From: Bacteroidaceae bacterium
GTDB taxonomy: Bacteria; Bacteroidota; Bacteroidia; Bacteroidales; Barnesiellaceae_A
Length of the DNA: 64,000 nt
Direction: 5' to 3'
NCBI GenBank assembly: GCA_017531985.1
Contig: JAFXJY010000013.1
Location: 7,601-71,600, forward strand
Below are positions 48,125 through 56,515 of the stretch, piece after piece. The position numbers and the translations under genes were made by a program. The stretch's first letter is position 1. Each line of letters starts with the position of its first letter. Below the pieces are notes generated by a model. The model had not been told where the DNA came from, made no database searches, and worked only from the letters and a program-made list of their open reading frames with translations.

Positions 48125-48642
48125 GTTTTGGTGGAATCGACTATGATGCAGATGAGTTAAATGAATTGCATCGCAGATATGAAATAGGAGATAGAATCAT
48201 TAATAATGACATTTATATATCAAAAACAATATCACCAGTAATATGCTATAGCCATATAGATTTATCAGGAAGCGAATATTCATTTAATAAAGTTGAATTT
48301 AAGGAAGATGTCTGTTTATATTTAGAAAAGATTAAGGCTTTGTGCGACAATTCTATTGATGAATTATCAAGTAAAGACTCAAAAAGAGAATGGCATTTGT
48401 TTCCAACCAGAGGGAAAAAAATTATAACTGAATTAAAAAGACATTTTAACGTCAAAAAAATAGACCAAGATAGAGTTCCCGAAATTTATCATTTTGCATT
48501 ATATACAGACCAAGATAAAGCTGATAAAGAAACGGGGAAACGTTCTCCAAGAATACATTTTATTGTGGGAAATCATGGTATGCTATACCCTCTATTCTAC
48601 GACCCATACCACGAAATAAATTCTATGCCAGAAAACAGGTAG
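48121..48642 (+). CDS. Unknown 173-aa protein coupled to the Panacea gene, candidate toxin
   Basis: Its ATG overlaps the upstream stop (ATGA). It has no TM helix or signal peptide, and I recognise no family. Confidence 0.5.
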   Translation: MSFGGIDYDADELNELHRRYEIGDRIINNDIYISKTISPVICYSHIDLSGSEYSFNKVEFKEDVCLYLEKIKALCDNSIDELSSKDSKREWHLFPTRGKKIITELKRHFNVKKIDQDRVPEIYHFALYTDQDKADKETGKRSPRIHFIVGNHGMLYPLFYDPYHEINSMPENR

Positions 48643-48645
48643 TTG

Positions 48646-48666
48646 TATTGCGTTAGCAAACATAGC
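48646..48666 (+). repeat. Direct repeat copy 2 flanking the PanA cassette
   Basis: TATTGCGTTAGCAAACATAGC differs from copy 1 by a 1-nt indel and one substitution. Confidence 0.55.
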
Positions 48667-48701
48667 CTCTGTGTAAACTCGTATATAATTACCTGTTTTT
48701 A

Positions 48702-49571
48702 TTAATCTCTCTTATCGATACCCCACATCAGTTTGTTACGCAACGTCTTGGAGAATGTGTGATTATAACCTTTCACTACTTTAATACCAAAGTCGGCCTT
48801 ACGCAAGGTAACACACTCACCGGCACGCAGTTGTACCGAACGCCCATCGCAACTGAGCATAAACTTTCCGGTACGGCAAGTTACTTGCAGGGTTATTACC
48901 ACATCATCGTTGACAACCAAGGGTCGCACCGTAAAACTATGAGGAGCGACAGGAGCAAGCACCCAATTGGCAGCTTGTGGCACAAGAATAGGCCCTCCGG
49001 CACTCAGTGCATAAGCCGTTGAACCGGTGGGAGTAGCTATGACGAGTCCATCGGCTTGATAAGTATTGAAATACTCATCATTGATAGTAGTCTTTATCGA
49101 TATCATCGAAGCACTATCTTGTTTAAGCACAGCTACTTCATTGAGAGCATACGGCCACAACTCGGGACTGCCATCTATCTCGACATGCAACACAGAACGT
49201 TTCTCTACCTTATAATTCCCTTGCAATATCACATCCAAAGCCTCACCGGCTTCACTACCCGACAAGTCGGCCAAGAAACCTAAATGTCCGGTATTTATGC
49301 CCAAGATGGGAATACCTTTATTACCCACGCAAGCAGCCGTGTACAAGAAAGTACCATCGCCACCAATGCTCAGTGCCATGTCGGCAACGAAATTGTTATC
49401 ACATATAGGCGTAGAGAGAGGAAGTTGTAAACAGCTATCTTTCGACAGCATATCGAGAAACAATGCATCGACACACACTTCGCAACCGCGATTGCAAAGC
49501 GTATCGAACAATTGCTGCACAATCGTCCGATAGTTACTATCATACTGCTTACCGAAAATAGCTATCTTCAT
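48702..49571 (-). CDS. nadK: NAD+ kinase
   Basis: It has the GGDGTFL motif, NTGHLGFL and the ATPTGSTAYALSAGGPI block. Confidence 0.9.
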   Translation of the reverse strand: MKIAIFGKQYDSNYRTIVQQLFDTLCNRGCEVCVDALFLDMLSKDSCLQLPLSTPICDNNFVADMALSIGGDGTFLYTAACVGNKGIPILGINTGHLGFLADLSGSEAGEALDVILQGNYKVEKRSVLHVEIDGSPELWPYALNEVAVLKQDSASMISIKTTINDEYFNTYQADGLVIATPTGSTAYALSAGGPILVPQAANWVLAPVAPHSFTVRPLVVNDDVVITLQVTCRTGKFMLSCDGRSVQLRAGECVTLRKADFGIKVVKGYNHTFSKTLRNKLMWGIDKRD

Positions 49572-49616
49572 AACCTGCTATTATTATTCTTTGCCTTTTA
49601 GTATTCAATCACGATA

Positions 49617-49624
49617 CAAATGTA
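49617..49624 (-). promoter_or_regulatory. -7 promoter box (TACATTTG on the minus strand) upstream of nadK
   Basis: The plus strand reads CAAATGTA, about 46 nt upstream of the ATG. Confidence 0.5.
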
Positions 49625-49698
49625 GATGTTTTCCCTCAAACATCAAATATAGGCAATATTTTTTTGAATAATAGAGCCGAATTTTACAAAAGTCGTTG

Positions 49699-49706
49699 TA
49701 TTTTTG
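49699..49706 (+). promoter_or_regulatory. -7 promoter box (TATTTTTG) upstream of pdxJ
   Basis: Matches TAnnTTTG, about 60 nt upstream of the ATG at 49766. Confidence 0.5.
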
Positions 49707-49765
49707 CAGATAGAATTGACGAGAAGAGAAAGCAAGTTCTCACGTGATGATAAAAAACGATAAGT

Positions 49766-50479
49766 ATGACTAAATTAAGTGTAAATATCAATAAAATCGC
49801 TACTTTGCGAAATGCTCGTGGTGGCAATGTTCCCAATGTACTGAAAGTAGCTCTTGATTGTGAGACATTTGGTGCCGATGGCATTACAGTGCATCCACGT
49901 CCCGATGAACGACACATTCGCTATGCCGACGTGTTTGCTCTGCGACCGGCATTGCGTACCGAATTTAACATCGAAGGCAACCCCACCCCCGAATTTATCA
50001 ACCTTGTTATGCAAGTACGCCCGGCACAGGTCACTCTTGTACCCGATGCCCCCGATGCCCTAACCTCTAATGCCGGTTGGGATACACGCACACACTTTGA
50101 CTTTCTTGTCAAGGTAATAGACGATTTCAAGTCGGCAGGGATACGCACATCGATATTTGTAGGTACCGATTTAGAACTTATTTCCATAGCAGCACAAACA
50201 GGAACTGACCGCGTGGAACTCTACACCGAGCCTTATGCCACGTTATTCCCCAAGGACCCTATTGCAGCAGTTGCCCCCTTCGCAGCAGCTGCCGAGCATG
50301 CCCACAAACAAGGATTGGGAGTAAATGCCGGTCATGATCTAAGCCTCGAAAATCTTAAATACTTCCACGAGAACGTCCCATACCTCAGCGAAGTTTCAAT
50401 AGGTCATGCTCTCATTGCCGATGCTCTATACTTAGGACTCGAAACTACAATCGCTCGTTATAAAGAATGTCTCAAATAA
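49766..50479 (+). CDS. pdxJ: Pyridoxine 5'-phosphate synthase
   Basis: [29 protein letters not shown] and VNAGHDL match PdxJ. Confidence 0.92.
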   Translation: MTKLSVNINKIATLRNARGGNVPNVLKVALDCETFGADGITVHPRPDERHIRYADVFALRPALRTEFNIEGNPTPEFINLVMQVRPAQVTLVPDAPDALTSNAGWDTRTHFDFLVKVIDDFKSAGIRTSIFVGTDLELISIAAQTGTDRVELYTEPYATLFPKDPIAAVAPFAAAAEHAHKQGLGVNAGHDLSLENLKYFHENVPYLSEVSIGHALIADALYLGLETTIARYKECLK

Positions 50480-50491
50480 TAGTCAAATAAT

Positions 50492-51226
50492 ATGTTAAAC
50501 ATAATTCTCTCTACCCTACCGCAAGTGTCGGTCGACTCGACCTTGGTCGATACGTTGGTCACAACAACACAAGCTCTGAATACAACCACACCCGAAGTTC
50601 CCGAAGAGTTGAACTTGTGGTCGCTTATGCTCAAAGGTGGATTTTTCATGATACCGCTCCTACTGCTATCGATACTCTCCATCTACATATTTGTTGAGCG
50701 ACTTCTCGTTATACAACGAGCCGGACGTGAAGATAACACCTTCATGGAACGTATCAAAGACTACATACACGAAGGAGAGATAGAGACTGCCCTGAAATTG
50801 TGCAAGAAAACCGATACTCCTGCCGCAAGGCTTATTGCCAAAGGTATATCGCGACTGGGACGTCCCATGAATGACGTATTGGTTGCCATAGAAAATGTAG
50901 GAAATATCGAGATAGCACGTCTCGAAAAGGGTTTCCCGTGGTTAGCTACCACTGCCGCCGGAGCACCCATGATAGGATTCTTGGGTACTGTTACCGGCAT
51001 GGTCAATGCCTTCTATAACATGGCATCGGCTGGTAATAATGCCGATATAACAACCTTGTCGAGTGGTATATATGAAGCTCTCGTAACCACTATTGCCGGT
51101 CTTGTGGTAGGTGTCATAGCACTATTTGCCTACAATTACTTGGTGGCTCGCGTCGATGGCGTCGTGAACCAATTGGAGACCAAGACAATGGAATTTATGG
51201 ACTTGTTGAACGAGCCTGCCGAATAA
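50492..51226 (+). CDS. exbB: MotA/TolQ/ExbB proton-channel family protein
   Basis: Three TM helices and the conserved ...APMIGFLGTVTGMVNAF... block. Confidence 0.88.
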   Translation: MLNIILSTLPQVSVDSTLVDTLVTTTQALNTTTPEVPEELNLWSLMLKGGFFMIPLLLLSILSIYIFVERLLVIQRAGREDNTFMERIKDYIHEGEIETALKLCKKTDTPAARLIAKGISRLGRPMNDVLVAIENVGNIEIARLEKGFPWLATTAAGAPMIGFLGTVTGMVNAFYNMASAGNNADITTLSSGIYEALVTTIAGLVVGVIALFAYNYLVARVDGVVNQLETKTMEFMDLLNEPAE

Positions 51227-51236
51227 TCATACTACT

Positions 51237-51653
51237 ATGGCTATCAAAAGAAGACACCGAGTAAACCCCAATTTCAGCATGGCCTCCATGACCGATGTGA
51301 TATTCTTGTTACTAATATTTTTTATGGTAACATCAACGGTCGTGTTTCCCAATGCCATCAAAGTGAACCTTCCCGAGAGCAGCCAACAAGCTGCCGCCAA
51401 GCCTCTTTCTCGCGTTACCATCGATGCCAATCTCAACTATTATGTAGCCTTTGGCAACGAGAGAGAACAAGCTGTCGATAATATAGAGAGTCTTGTCGGT
51501 TTCTTGCTGAAAACTCGTGAAAGAGAACCTGAAATGTTTGTTGCCATATATGCCGACGCATCTGTTCCTTACGGCGAAGTGGTCAAGATATTGGATCTTG
51601 CCAACAAGCACGACCTTAAAATGGTATTGGCTACATCACCACAAAAAGAGTGA
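51237..51653 (+). CDS. exbD: ExbD/TolR biopolymer transport protein
   Basis: The N-terminal MTDVIFLLLIFFMVT TM helix and the overall size match ExbD. Confidence 0.88.
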   Translation: MAIKRRHRVNPNFSMASMTDVIFLLLIFFMVTSTVVFPNAIKVNLPESSQQAAAKPLSRVTIDANLNYYVAFGNEREQAVDNIESLVGFLLKTREREPEMFVAIYADASVPYGEVVKILDLANKHDLKMVLATSPQKE

Positions 51654-52423
51654 ACGCAATGACTCCTAAGCAGCACAATAGAATAATAGCCTTGACGTGT
51701 ACCATCGCGGTACATGCGTTGATACTTTTGCTATTGGCCACTATCGTGCTGACACGCCAACCTATAACACCCGACGTAAACAGTGGCGTATATGTACAAA
51801 TAGGCAATATCGACGAAGCAGCCGGTACTTTTGAGCCTTATGCTCCACAAGTCTCACCCGAACAATACTCTGTCAAAGAAAATATTGCGACAAACGTGAC
51901 GGAACAAGTCATCACACAAAATACCGAAGAGAGCATTGTCATGGATAGTATAACCAACCATGAAAAGGCTGAAATGGAGAAGATGATAGCTCAACAACAA
52001 GCACAACAAGAGACTCAAGCCTTAATAAGTTCAACCATGCAGAATGCATTCGGTGCAGGAAGCGATAACGAGGGTAGTCGCGGAGATGCATCACAAGGAA
52101 CCGGTGTGCAGGGAAGCATCTCGGGAAATTCACCGACCGGTATTGCACAAGGTAATACGGGTTGGGGTGGATTCAGCCTCAACGGTCGCAGATGCCTCAA
52201 CCTACCCAAACCATCGTACCGCAGCAACGACGAAGGTAAGGTAGTAGTAGACATAACTGTCGATAAAAACGGAAATGTGGTAGCAGCCTCGATTAAGGCA
52301 GGCAGTAATACAAGCGAAACATTGCGTAGTGCAGCACTTGCCGCTGCCAAGAAAGCCCGATTTGACAAGTCGGAGAATAGCGTACAGAAAGGTACTATAA
52401 CCTACTACTTCAAGCAACGATAA
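51650..52423 (+). CDS. tonB: Energy transducer TonB
   Basis: N-terminal TM anchor, a low-complexity linker and a C-terminal TonB domain (EGKVVVDITVDKNGNVVAA...). It overlaps exbD by 4 nt. Confidence 0.8.
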   Translation: MNAMTPKQHNRIIALTCTIAVHALILLLLATIVLTRQPITPDVNSGVYVQIGNIDEAAGTFEPYAPQVSPEQYSVKENIATNVTEQVITQNTEESIVMDSITNHEKAEMEKMIAQQQAQQETQALISSTMQNAFGAGSDNEGSRGDASQGTGVQGSISGNSPTGIAQGNTGWGGFSLNGRRCLNLPKPSYRSNDEGKVVVDITVDKNGNVVAASIKAGSNTSETLRSAALAAAKKARFDKSENSVQKGTITYYFKQR

Positions 52424-52425
52424 TC

Positions 52426-53565
52426 CTATTCATTTATCCATCGGTTTATACTATCGCATATTTGTGGAAATTCTTCACTATATGTGCGGTCGGTAACGGT
52501 GTTGTATTGCTCTTTCAATATTGCTACATCGGGAGCTATATTGCCTTCTAATGCGTATCTGCGTTGTAATTCGCAAGCAAAATTATCATCAACAAAATTG
52601 GGTAATCCGGTTGTGATGCGTAGTTGTGCAAAGGGGGTGTAATATACCATACCGGTAAAAAAATCGCAGTATCGCAAAGGTGTTGCTATGGGGATAAAAT
52701 CGAAATTATCTGCCCCAAAAGGTGTGTTGGTGAGGTCAAAACCAATATCTGACTTATGTGTCGCGGCAAAGGCAGCGTCCCATATACCGTTTTTTATGGC
52801 TGTAAATTCTCCGCGAGGAGATAGTGCAAAAGAGTTGATAAAAACGTTGGCAACTCTATTGCCATATCTATCTTTGATATGCCGTCCTGCATTGTCTCTA
52901 TTGGCAATATCGCGTGTAAAGGCATGACGGTAGTTGAGTATAACGAGAGCTTTGCCCGTAGTGCTATAATGATGATAGTTGCAAAAGTTTTCGGCCAATA
53001 TAGCATCTCGGTGTATGGCATCGGTGCATATATTGCGACGTATTATGTCATATTCGGTGGCTTTATCCCAATTAACACCCTTCTCAAGCCCGTAAATTTC
53101 TATCATATCTTCTTCGGCAAGTCGGCTGTTGATGTCATGAACACCTCGTAGCAGAAGACTATAATTGCTCTTTTCCCACAGTCCTGCACCGTAGATGTTG
53201 CGATGAAAATGTAGAACATTCTGTGCCACCTCGTCGGGGGTAAGTGTGGCATTGTGCAAGAATGCATTGATGCTGTCGTTGTACTCGGTATTGCCTATCT
53301 CAAAGTATGCTACACCTACTTCATCGATAAACCGTTTGTCGGCCAATATATCGAGAATAAGTTCATATTGAGTCATTTCGCGGTGATCACGCTCGCATAG
53401 AATGACGATGTCATATTGCGAGAAAAGTCCGAGTATATAATCTTTGGCCGAGCTGTGTTTTTCTTGTAGAAAGGTGGTGTATGCCTCAATATGCAAGTTA
53501 GAGTTTTGAGTATAAGCGTTGTAAGCGACGAGTGCAAATATTAGTGTAATGTAAAATTGTTTCAT
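52426..53565 (-). CDS. Hypothetical secreted protein, family not recognised
   Basis: The ATG at 53565 gives MKQFYITLIFALVAYNAYTQ, a signal peptide. The track start at 53616 is TTG. Confidence 0.55.
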   Translation of the reverse strand: MKQFYITLIFALVAYNAYTQNSNLHIEAYTTFLQEKHSSAKDYILGLFSQYDIVILCERDHREMTQYELILDILADKRFIDEVGVAYFEIGNTEYNDSINAFLHNATLTPDEVAQNVLHFHRNIYGAGLWEKSNYSLLLRGVHDINSRLAEEDMIEIYGLEKGVNWDKATEYDIIRRNICTDAIHRDAILAENFCNYHHYSTTGKALVILNYRHAFTRDIANRDNAGRHIKDRYGNRVANVFINSFALSPRGEFTAIKNGIWDAAFAATHKSDIGFDLTNTPFGADNFDFIPIATPLRYCDFFTGMVYYTPFAQLRITTGLPNFVDDNFACELQRRYALEGNIAPDVAILKEQYNTVTDRTYSEEFPQICDSINRWINE

Positions 53566-53602
53566 AGCGATGCGTTTTTTGTGTATTAGACGCATCGCTA
53601 TG
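53563..53602 (-). promoter_or_regulatory. Perfect 12-bp hairpin whose 3' arm contains the start codon of the downstream gene
   Basis: On the minus strand CAUAGCGAUGCG, a 16-nt loop, then CGCAUCGCUAUG. The final AUG is the start codon at 53565. Confidence 0.55.
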
Positions 53603-53628
53603 ACAAATGGTTGCAATCTTATTATTCT

Positions 53629-54972
53629 TTATCGCTCGAAGAGGAGCAATTCTCCACGACAGCTGTCGTTGATAGTACCGTTTTCGTATGCCACAACACC
53701 ATTGACAAGGGTGTGAGTGACAGTGTGAGGATAGGTGTGTCCCTCCATGGGCGACCAACCGCAACGCGACAATATATTGTCGGTAGTGACGGTATGAGGT
53801 TGCTTGGGGTCAATGATGGCTATATCGGCATAGTAGCCTTCGCGTAAGTAGCCTCGTTTAGACACACCAAAGAGCGAAGCCGGAGCGTGGCACATCTTCT
53901 CTATGACTTGAGTGCGAGTGAAATGTCCCTTTGTGGCAAGCTCGAGCATGGTGAGCAAAGAGAATTGTACAAACGGACCGCCTGATGCAGCCTTGAGGCA
54001 CGAGCCTTGTTTCTCACGGAGCAGGTGTGGAGCATGGTCGGTAGCCACGACATCGAGACGATTGGTTGCAACTGCTTCCAATAAGGCTCGACGGTCGGCA
54101 CAAGTCTTGATAGCGGGATTCCATTTGATGCGATTACCGTAGGTGGCATAGTCGTTATCGTCAAACCATAGGTGGTGTACGCATACCTCACCGGTGATAC
54201 GTTTCTCGGTCAAAGGGAGGTCTTGCAATAGTGTGAGTTCGCGTGCGGTAGAGAGGTGTAAGATGTGTAGGCGAGCATTGTGTCGGGTAGCCAATTCAAC
54301 GGCTTTGGCCGATGAGCGATAACAAGCCTCGGCATTGCGTATCATGGGGTGGAAGTATATAGGCATATCTTCGCCAAACATGGCTATATATCGGGCACGA
54401 TTGGCTTGTATAACTTCCTCCTCCTCGCAGTGAGTGGCTATCAGGGTGGGAGCCTCGGCAAATATCTTTTCGAGAGTTGCCCCTCTATCAACCAGCATGT
54501 TGCCGGTAGAAGAACCCATAAACAACTTGATACCACATATGTGGGTATAGTCGAGCGAGGTTATCAAGTCGGCATTGTTGTTGGTAGCTCCTATATAGAA
54601 TGAATAGTTGGCAATAGATGTTTCGCGAGCTTGTTGCTGTTTCCATTCCAGTGCCTCAATGGTAGTTGTTGCGGGGCTGGTGTTTGGCATATCCATGTAC
54701 GAGGTGACACCTCCGGCTACGGCAGCCCGACTCTCGGTAGCTATATCGGCTTTGTGGGTAAGACCCGGCTCGCGGAAGTGTACTTGGTCGTCGATAACAC
54801 CCGGAATAACCCAATGGCCTGTAGCATCGATGGTGCGGTCGGCCATGGCCAATATACTTGTATCGAGATTGCCCTCTATAATGTGTGTGATGATATTGTT
54901 GTCGATAATAATACTACCGACAAACTCTCGACCCTCGTTGATGATAAGGCCGCTGTGAATAATAGTTTGCAT
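53629..54972 (-). CDS. pyrC: Dihydroorotase (amidohydrolase family)
   Basis: [23 protein letters not shown]. The ATG at 54972 ([12 protein letters not shown]...) fits homologue N-termini and leaves 4 nt after the upstream stop. Confidence 0.82.
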   Translation of the reverse strand: MQTIIHSGLIINEGREFVGSIIIDNNIITHIIEGNLDTSILAMADRTIDATGHWVIPGVIDDQVHFREPGLTHKADIATESRAAVAGGVTSYMDMPNTSPATTTIEALEWKQQQARETSIANYSFYIGATNNNADLITSLDYTHICGIKLFMGSSTGNMLVDRGATLEKIFAEAPTLIATHCEEEEVIQANRARYIAMFGEDMPIYFHPMIRNAEACYRSSAKAVELATRHNARLHILHLSTARELTLLQDLPLTEKRITGEVCVHHLWFDDNDYATYGNRIKWNPAIKTCADRRALLEAVATNRLDVVATDHAPHLLREKQGSCLKAASGGPFVQFSLLTMLELATKGHFTRTQVIEKMCHAPASLFGVSKRGYLREGYYADIAIIDPKQPHTVTTDNILSRCGWSPMEGHTYPHTVTHTLVNGVVAYENGTINDSCRGELLLFER

Positions 54973-54976
54973 GATA

Positions 54977-55741
54977 TTATTGTTTTTTCTGCGGATACTT
55001 GCGGAAGAGACTACCCCATTTGAGTCTGATGACACCAAATACGGCCTCGCTGAAGATGCCTCCGCTCATTTTGCTCTCGCCGAGTACGCGATTGATAAAG
55101 ATGATGGGAACCTCTTGTATGTTGAAGCCACACATCTTGGCTGTGAATTTCATCTCTATCTGGAATGCATATCCTTTGAAACGTATCTTGTCCAACTCTA
55201 TGGTCTCCAATACTTCGCGACGGTAGCATACAAATCCGGCAGTGGTATCGTGTATTTTCAGTCCGGTTACGATGCGAACATACTTCGAGGCATAATAAGA
55301 CATAATCACACGTCCCATAGGCCAGTTGACCACATTGACTCCTGTCACATACCGCGAACCTATCGCTACATCGGCTCCATTATCGCGACAAGCTGCTTTC
55401 AGTCGCAACAGGTCGGCAGGATTGTGCGAGAAGTCGGCATCCATCTCAAATATATAATCATATTTATGCTCAATAGCCCACTTAAATCCGGTTATATAGG
55501 CCGTTCCTAAACCTAACTTTCCACTGCGTTCGAGCAAATGTAGACGACCGGGAAATTCACCTTGCAATTCCTTTACGATAACAGCTGTTCCATCAGGCGA
55601 ATTATCGTCTATCACCAATATATCGAACATCTCGGGCAGATTAAACACTGCTCGAATGATATTTTCTATATTCTCTTTCTCATTGTAGGTGGGTATAAGC
55701 ACCACACTGTCATGAACTATGGGGAGATGTTCTTGTGACAT
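54977..55741 (-). CDS. Polyprenol-monophosphomannose synthase (Dpm1-like GT2)
   Basis: [31 protein letters not shown]. Confidence 0.85.
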   Translation of the reverse strand: MSQEHLPIVHDSVVLIPTYNEKENIENIIRAVFNLPEMFDILVIDDNSPDGTAVIVKELQGEFPGRLHLLERSGKLGLGTAYITGFKWAIEHKYDYIFEMDADFSHNPADLLRLKAACRDNGADVAIGSRYVTGVNVVNWPMGRVIMSYYASKYVRIVTGLKIHDTTAGFVCYRREVLETIELDKIRFKGYAFQIEMKFTAKMCGFNIQEVPIIFINRVLGESKMSGGIFSEAVFGVIRLKWGSLFRKYPQKKQ

Positions 55742-55774
55742 ATATTTATAGAATTATCGATTTCAATTATAATA

Positions 55775-55883
55775 GGGGACTTCTACACATTCCATAGATT
55801 AATAATACGTTGATTACCGGAAACATTCTGCTTCGCTTTTACTTATTATTGTAACCATAACAAATCAACCGATAGAAGTTCCC
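55775..55883. repeat. Intergenic element bounded by an inverted motif pair, third copy of the 55-nt module
   Basis: GGGGACTTCTAC at 55775-55786 and GATAGAAGTTCCC at 55871-55883. Inside, GATTAATAAT...CCGGAAACATTC aligns with the copies at 35599 and 58414. Confidence 0.5.
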
Positions 55884-55952
55884 TATACGGAATGGAGAGT
55901 GAACGAAATAATGCTTTCCTAAATTATCCTTCACTTCACACCCTATATTGCA

Positions 55953-55960
55953 CAAATATA
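55953..55960 (-). promoter_or_regulatory. -7 promoter box (TATATTTG on the minus strand)
   Basis: The plus strand reads CAAATATA. If this promoter is used, the inverted-repeat element at 55775-55883 lies in the 5' UTR of the GT2-pyrC transcript. Confidence 0.45.
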
Positions 55961-56102
55961 GAGATAATTTTGATTACAATAATACACAGGAGGAATAAAA
56001 TTATATTTTGTCACAATTTTTTACATCCCGATACCATTTTCCTATAAGCGGTCATCAGCTATCACTCGGTATTTGTTTTTGACATACACACAGAAGGTTT
56101 AC

Positions 56103-56134
56103 AAAAAAGGGCGTGTCAACTCAATGACACACCC
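56103..56134 (-). terminator. Rho-independent terminator of the ferredoxin gene
   Basis: On the minus strand GGGTGTGTCA...TGACACGCCC is followed by TTTTTT. Confidence 0.7.
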
Positions 56135-56166
56135 ATCTTCATGTCGTTTGTCGACGTGCTTGGGGA

Positions 56167-56334
56167 TTAGCCCTCTACGATAGCATCGTTGGGACATACA
56201 CCGGCACAAGTACCGCAATCGAGGCATTGATCGGGATCGATTTTGTAGATATCACCTTCCGAAATTGCTCCTACGGGGCATTCACCGATACAAGAACCGC
56301 AAGCAACGCAGTTGTCTGTAATAACGTAAGCCAT
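56167..56334 (-). CDS. 2x[4Fe-4S] ferredoxin, 55 aa, not in the supplied ORF track
   Basis: My own translation is MAYVITDNCVACGSCIGECPVGAISEGDIYKIDPDQCLDCGTCAGVCPNDAIVEG. It contains two CxxCxxCxxxCP motifs. Confidence 0.85.
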   Translation of the reverse strand: MAYVITDNCVACGSCIGECPVGAISEGDIYKIDPDQCLDCGTCAGVCPNDAIVEG

Positions 56335-56380
56335 GGTTTAAATTTTTTAAATGTATAAATATTAGGTTATATAACTCCGA

Positions 56381-56388
56381 CAAAGGTA
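56381..56388 (-). promoter_or_regulatory. -7 promoter box (TACCTTTG on the minus strand) upstream of the ferredoxin gene
   Basis: The plus strand reads CAAAGGTA, 47 nt upstream of the ATG. Confidence 0.55.
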
Positions 56389-56437
56389 AGATACTTTTTT
56401 GCTTCTACAAAATAAATAGTCGTATTTTTACACAGAA

Positions 56438-56467
56438 AATGCGGTTGCTTTTTCTTGCAACCGCATT
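56438..56467 (-). terminator. Rho-independent terminator of the Thr/Tyr-rich protein gene
   Basis: AATGCGGTTGC / GCAACCGCATT form an 11-bp stem, followed on the minus strand by a U-rich tail. Confidence 0.7.
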
Positions 56468-56515
56468 TAATTTCAACATTATCAGCTACTAAATCAGTCT
56501 TATTTAATAAGTGTC

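Larger units (their letters stand above)
44260..48700. mobile_element. AT-rich accessory island inserted between aroK and nadK
   Basis: The sequence becomes visibly more AT-rich here. The content is a transposase, a RhuM-family gene, a toxin-antitoxin-like pair and small envelope proteins, with housekeeping genes on both flanks. Confidence 0.6.
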
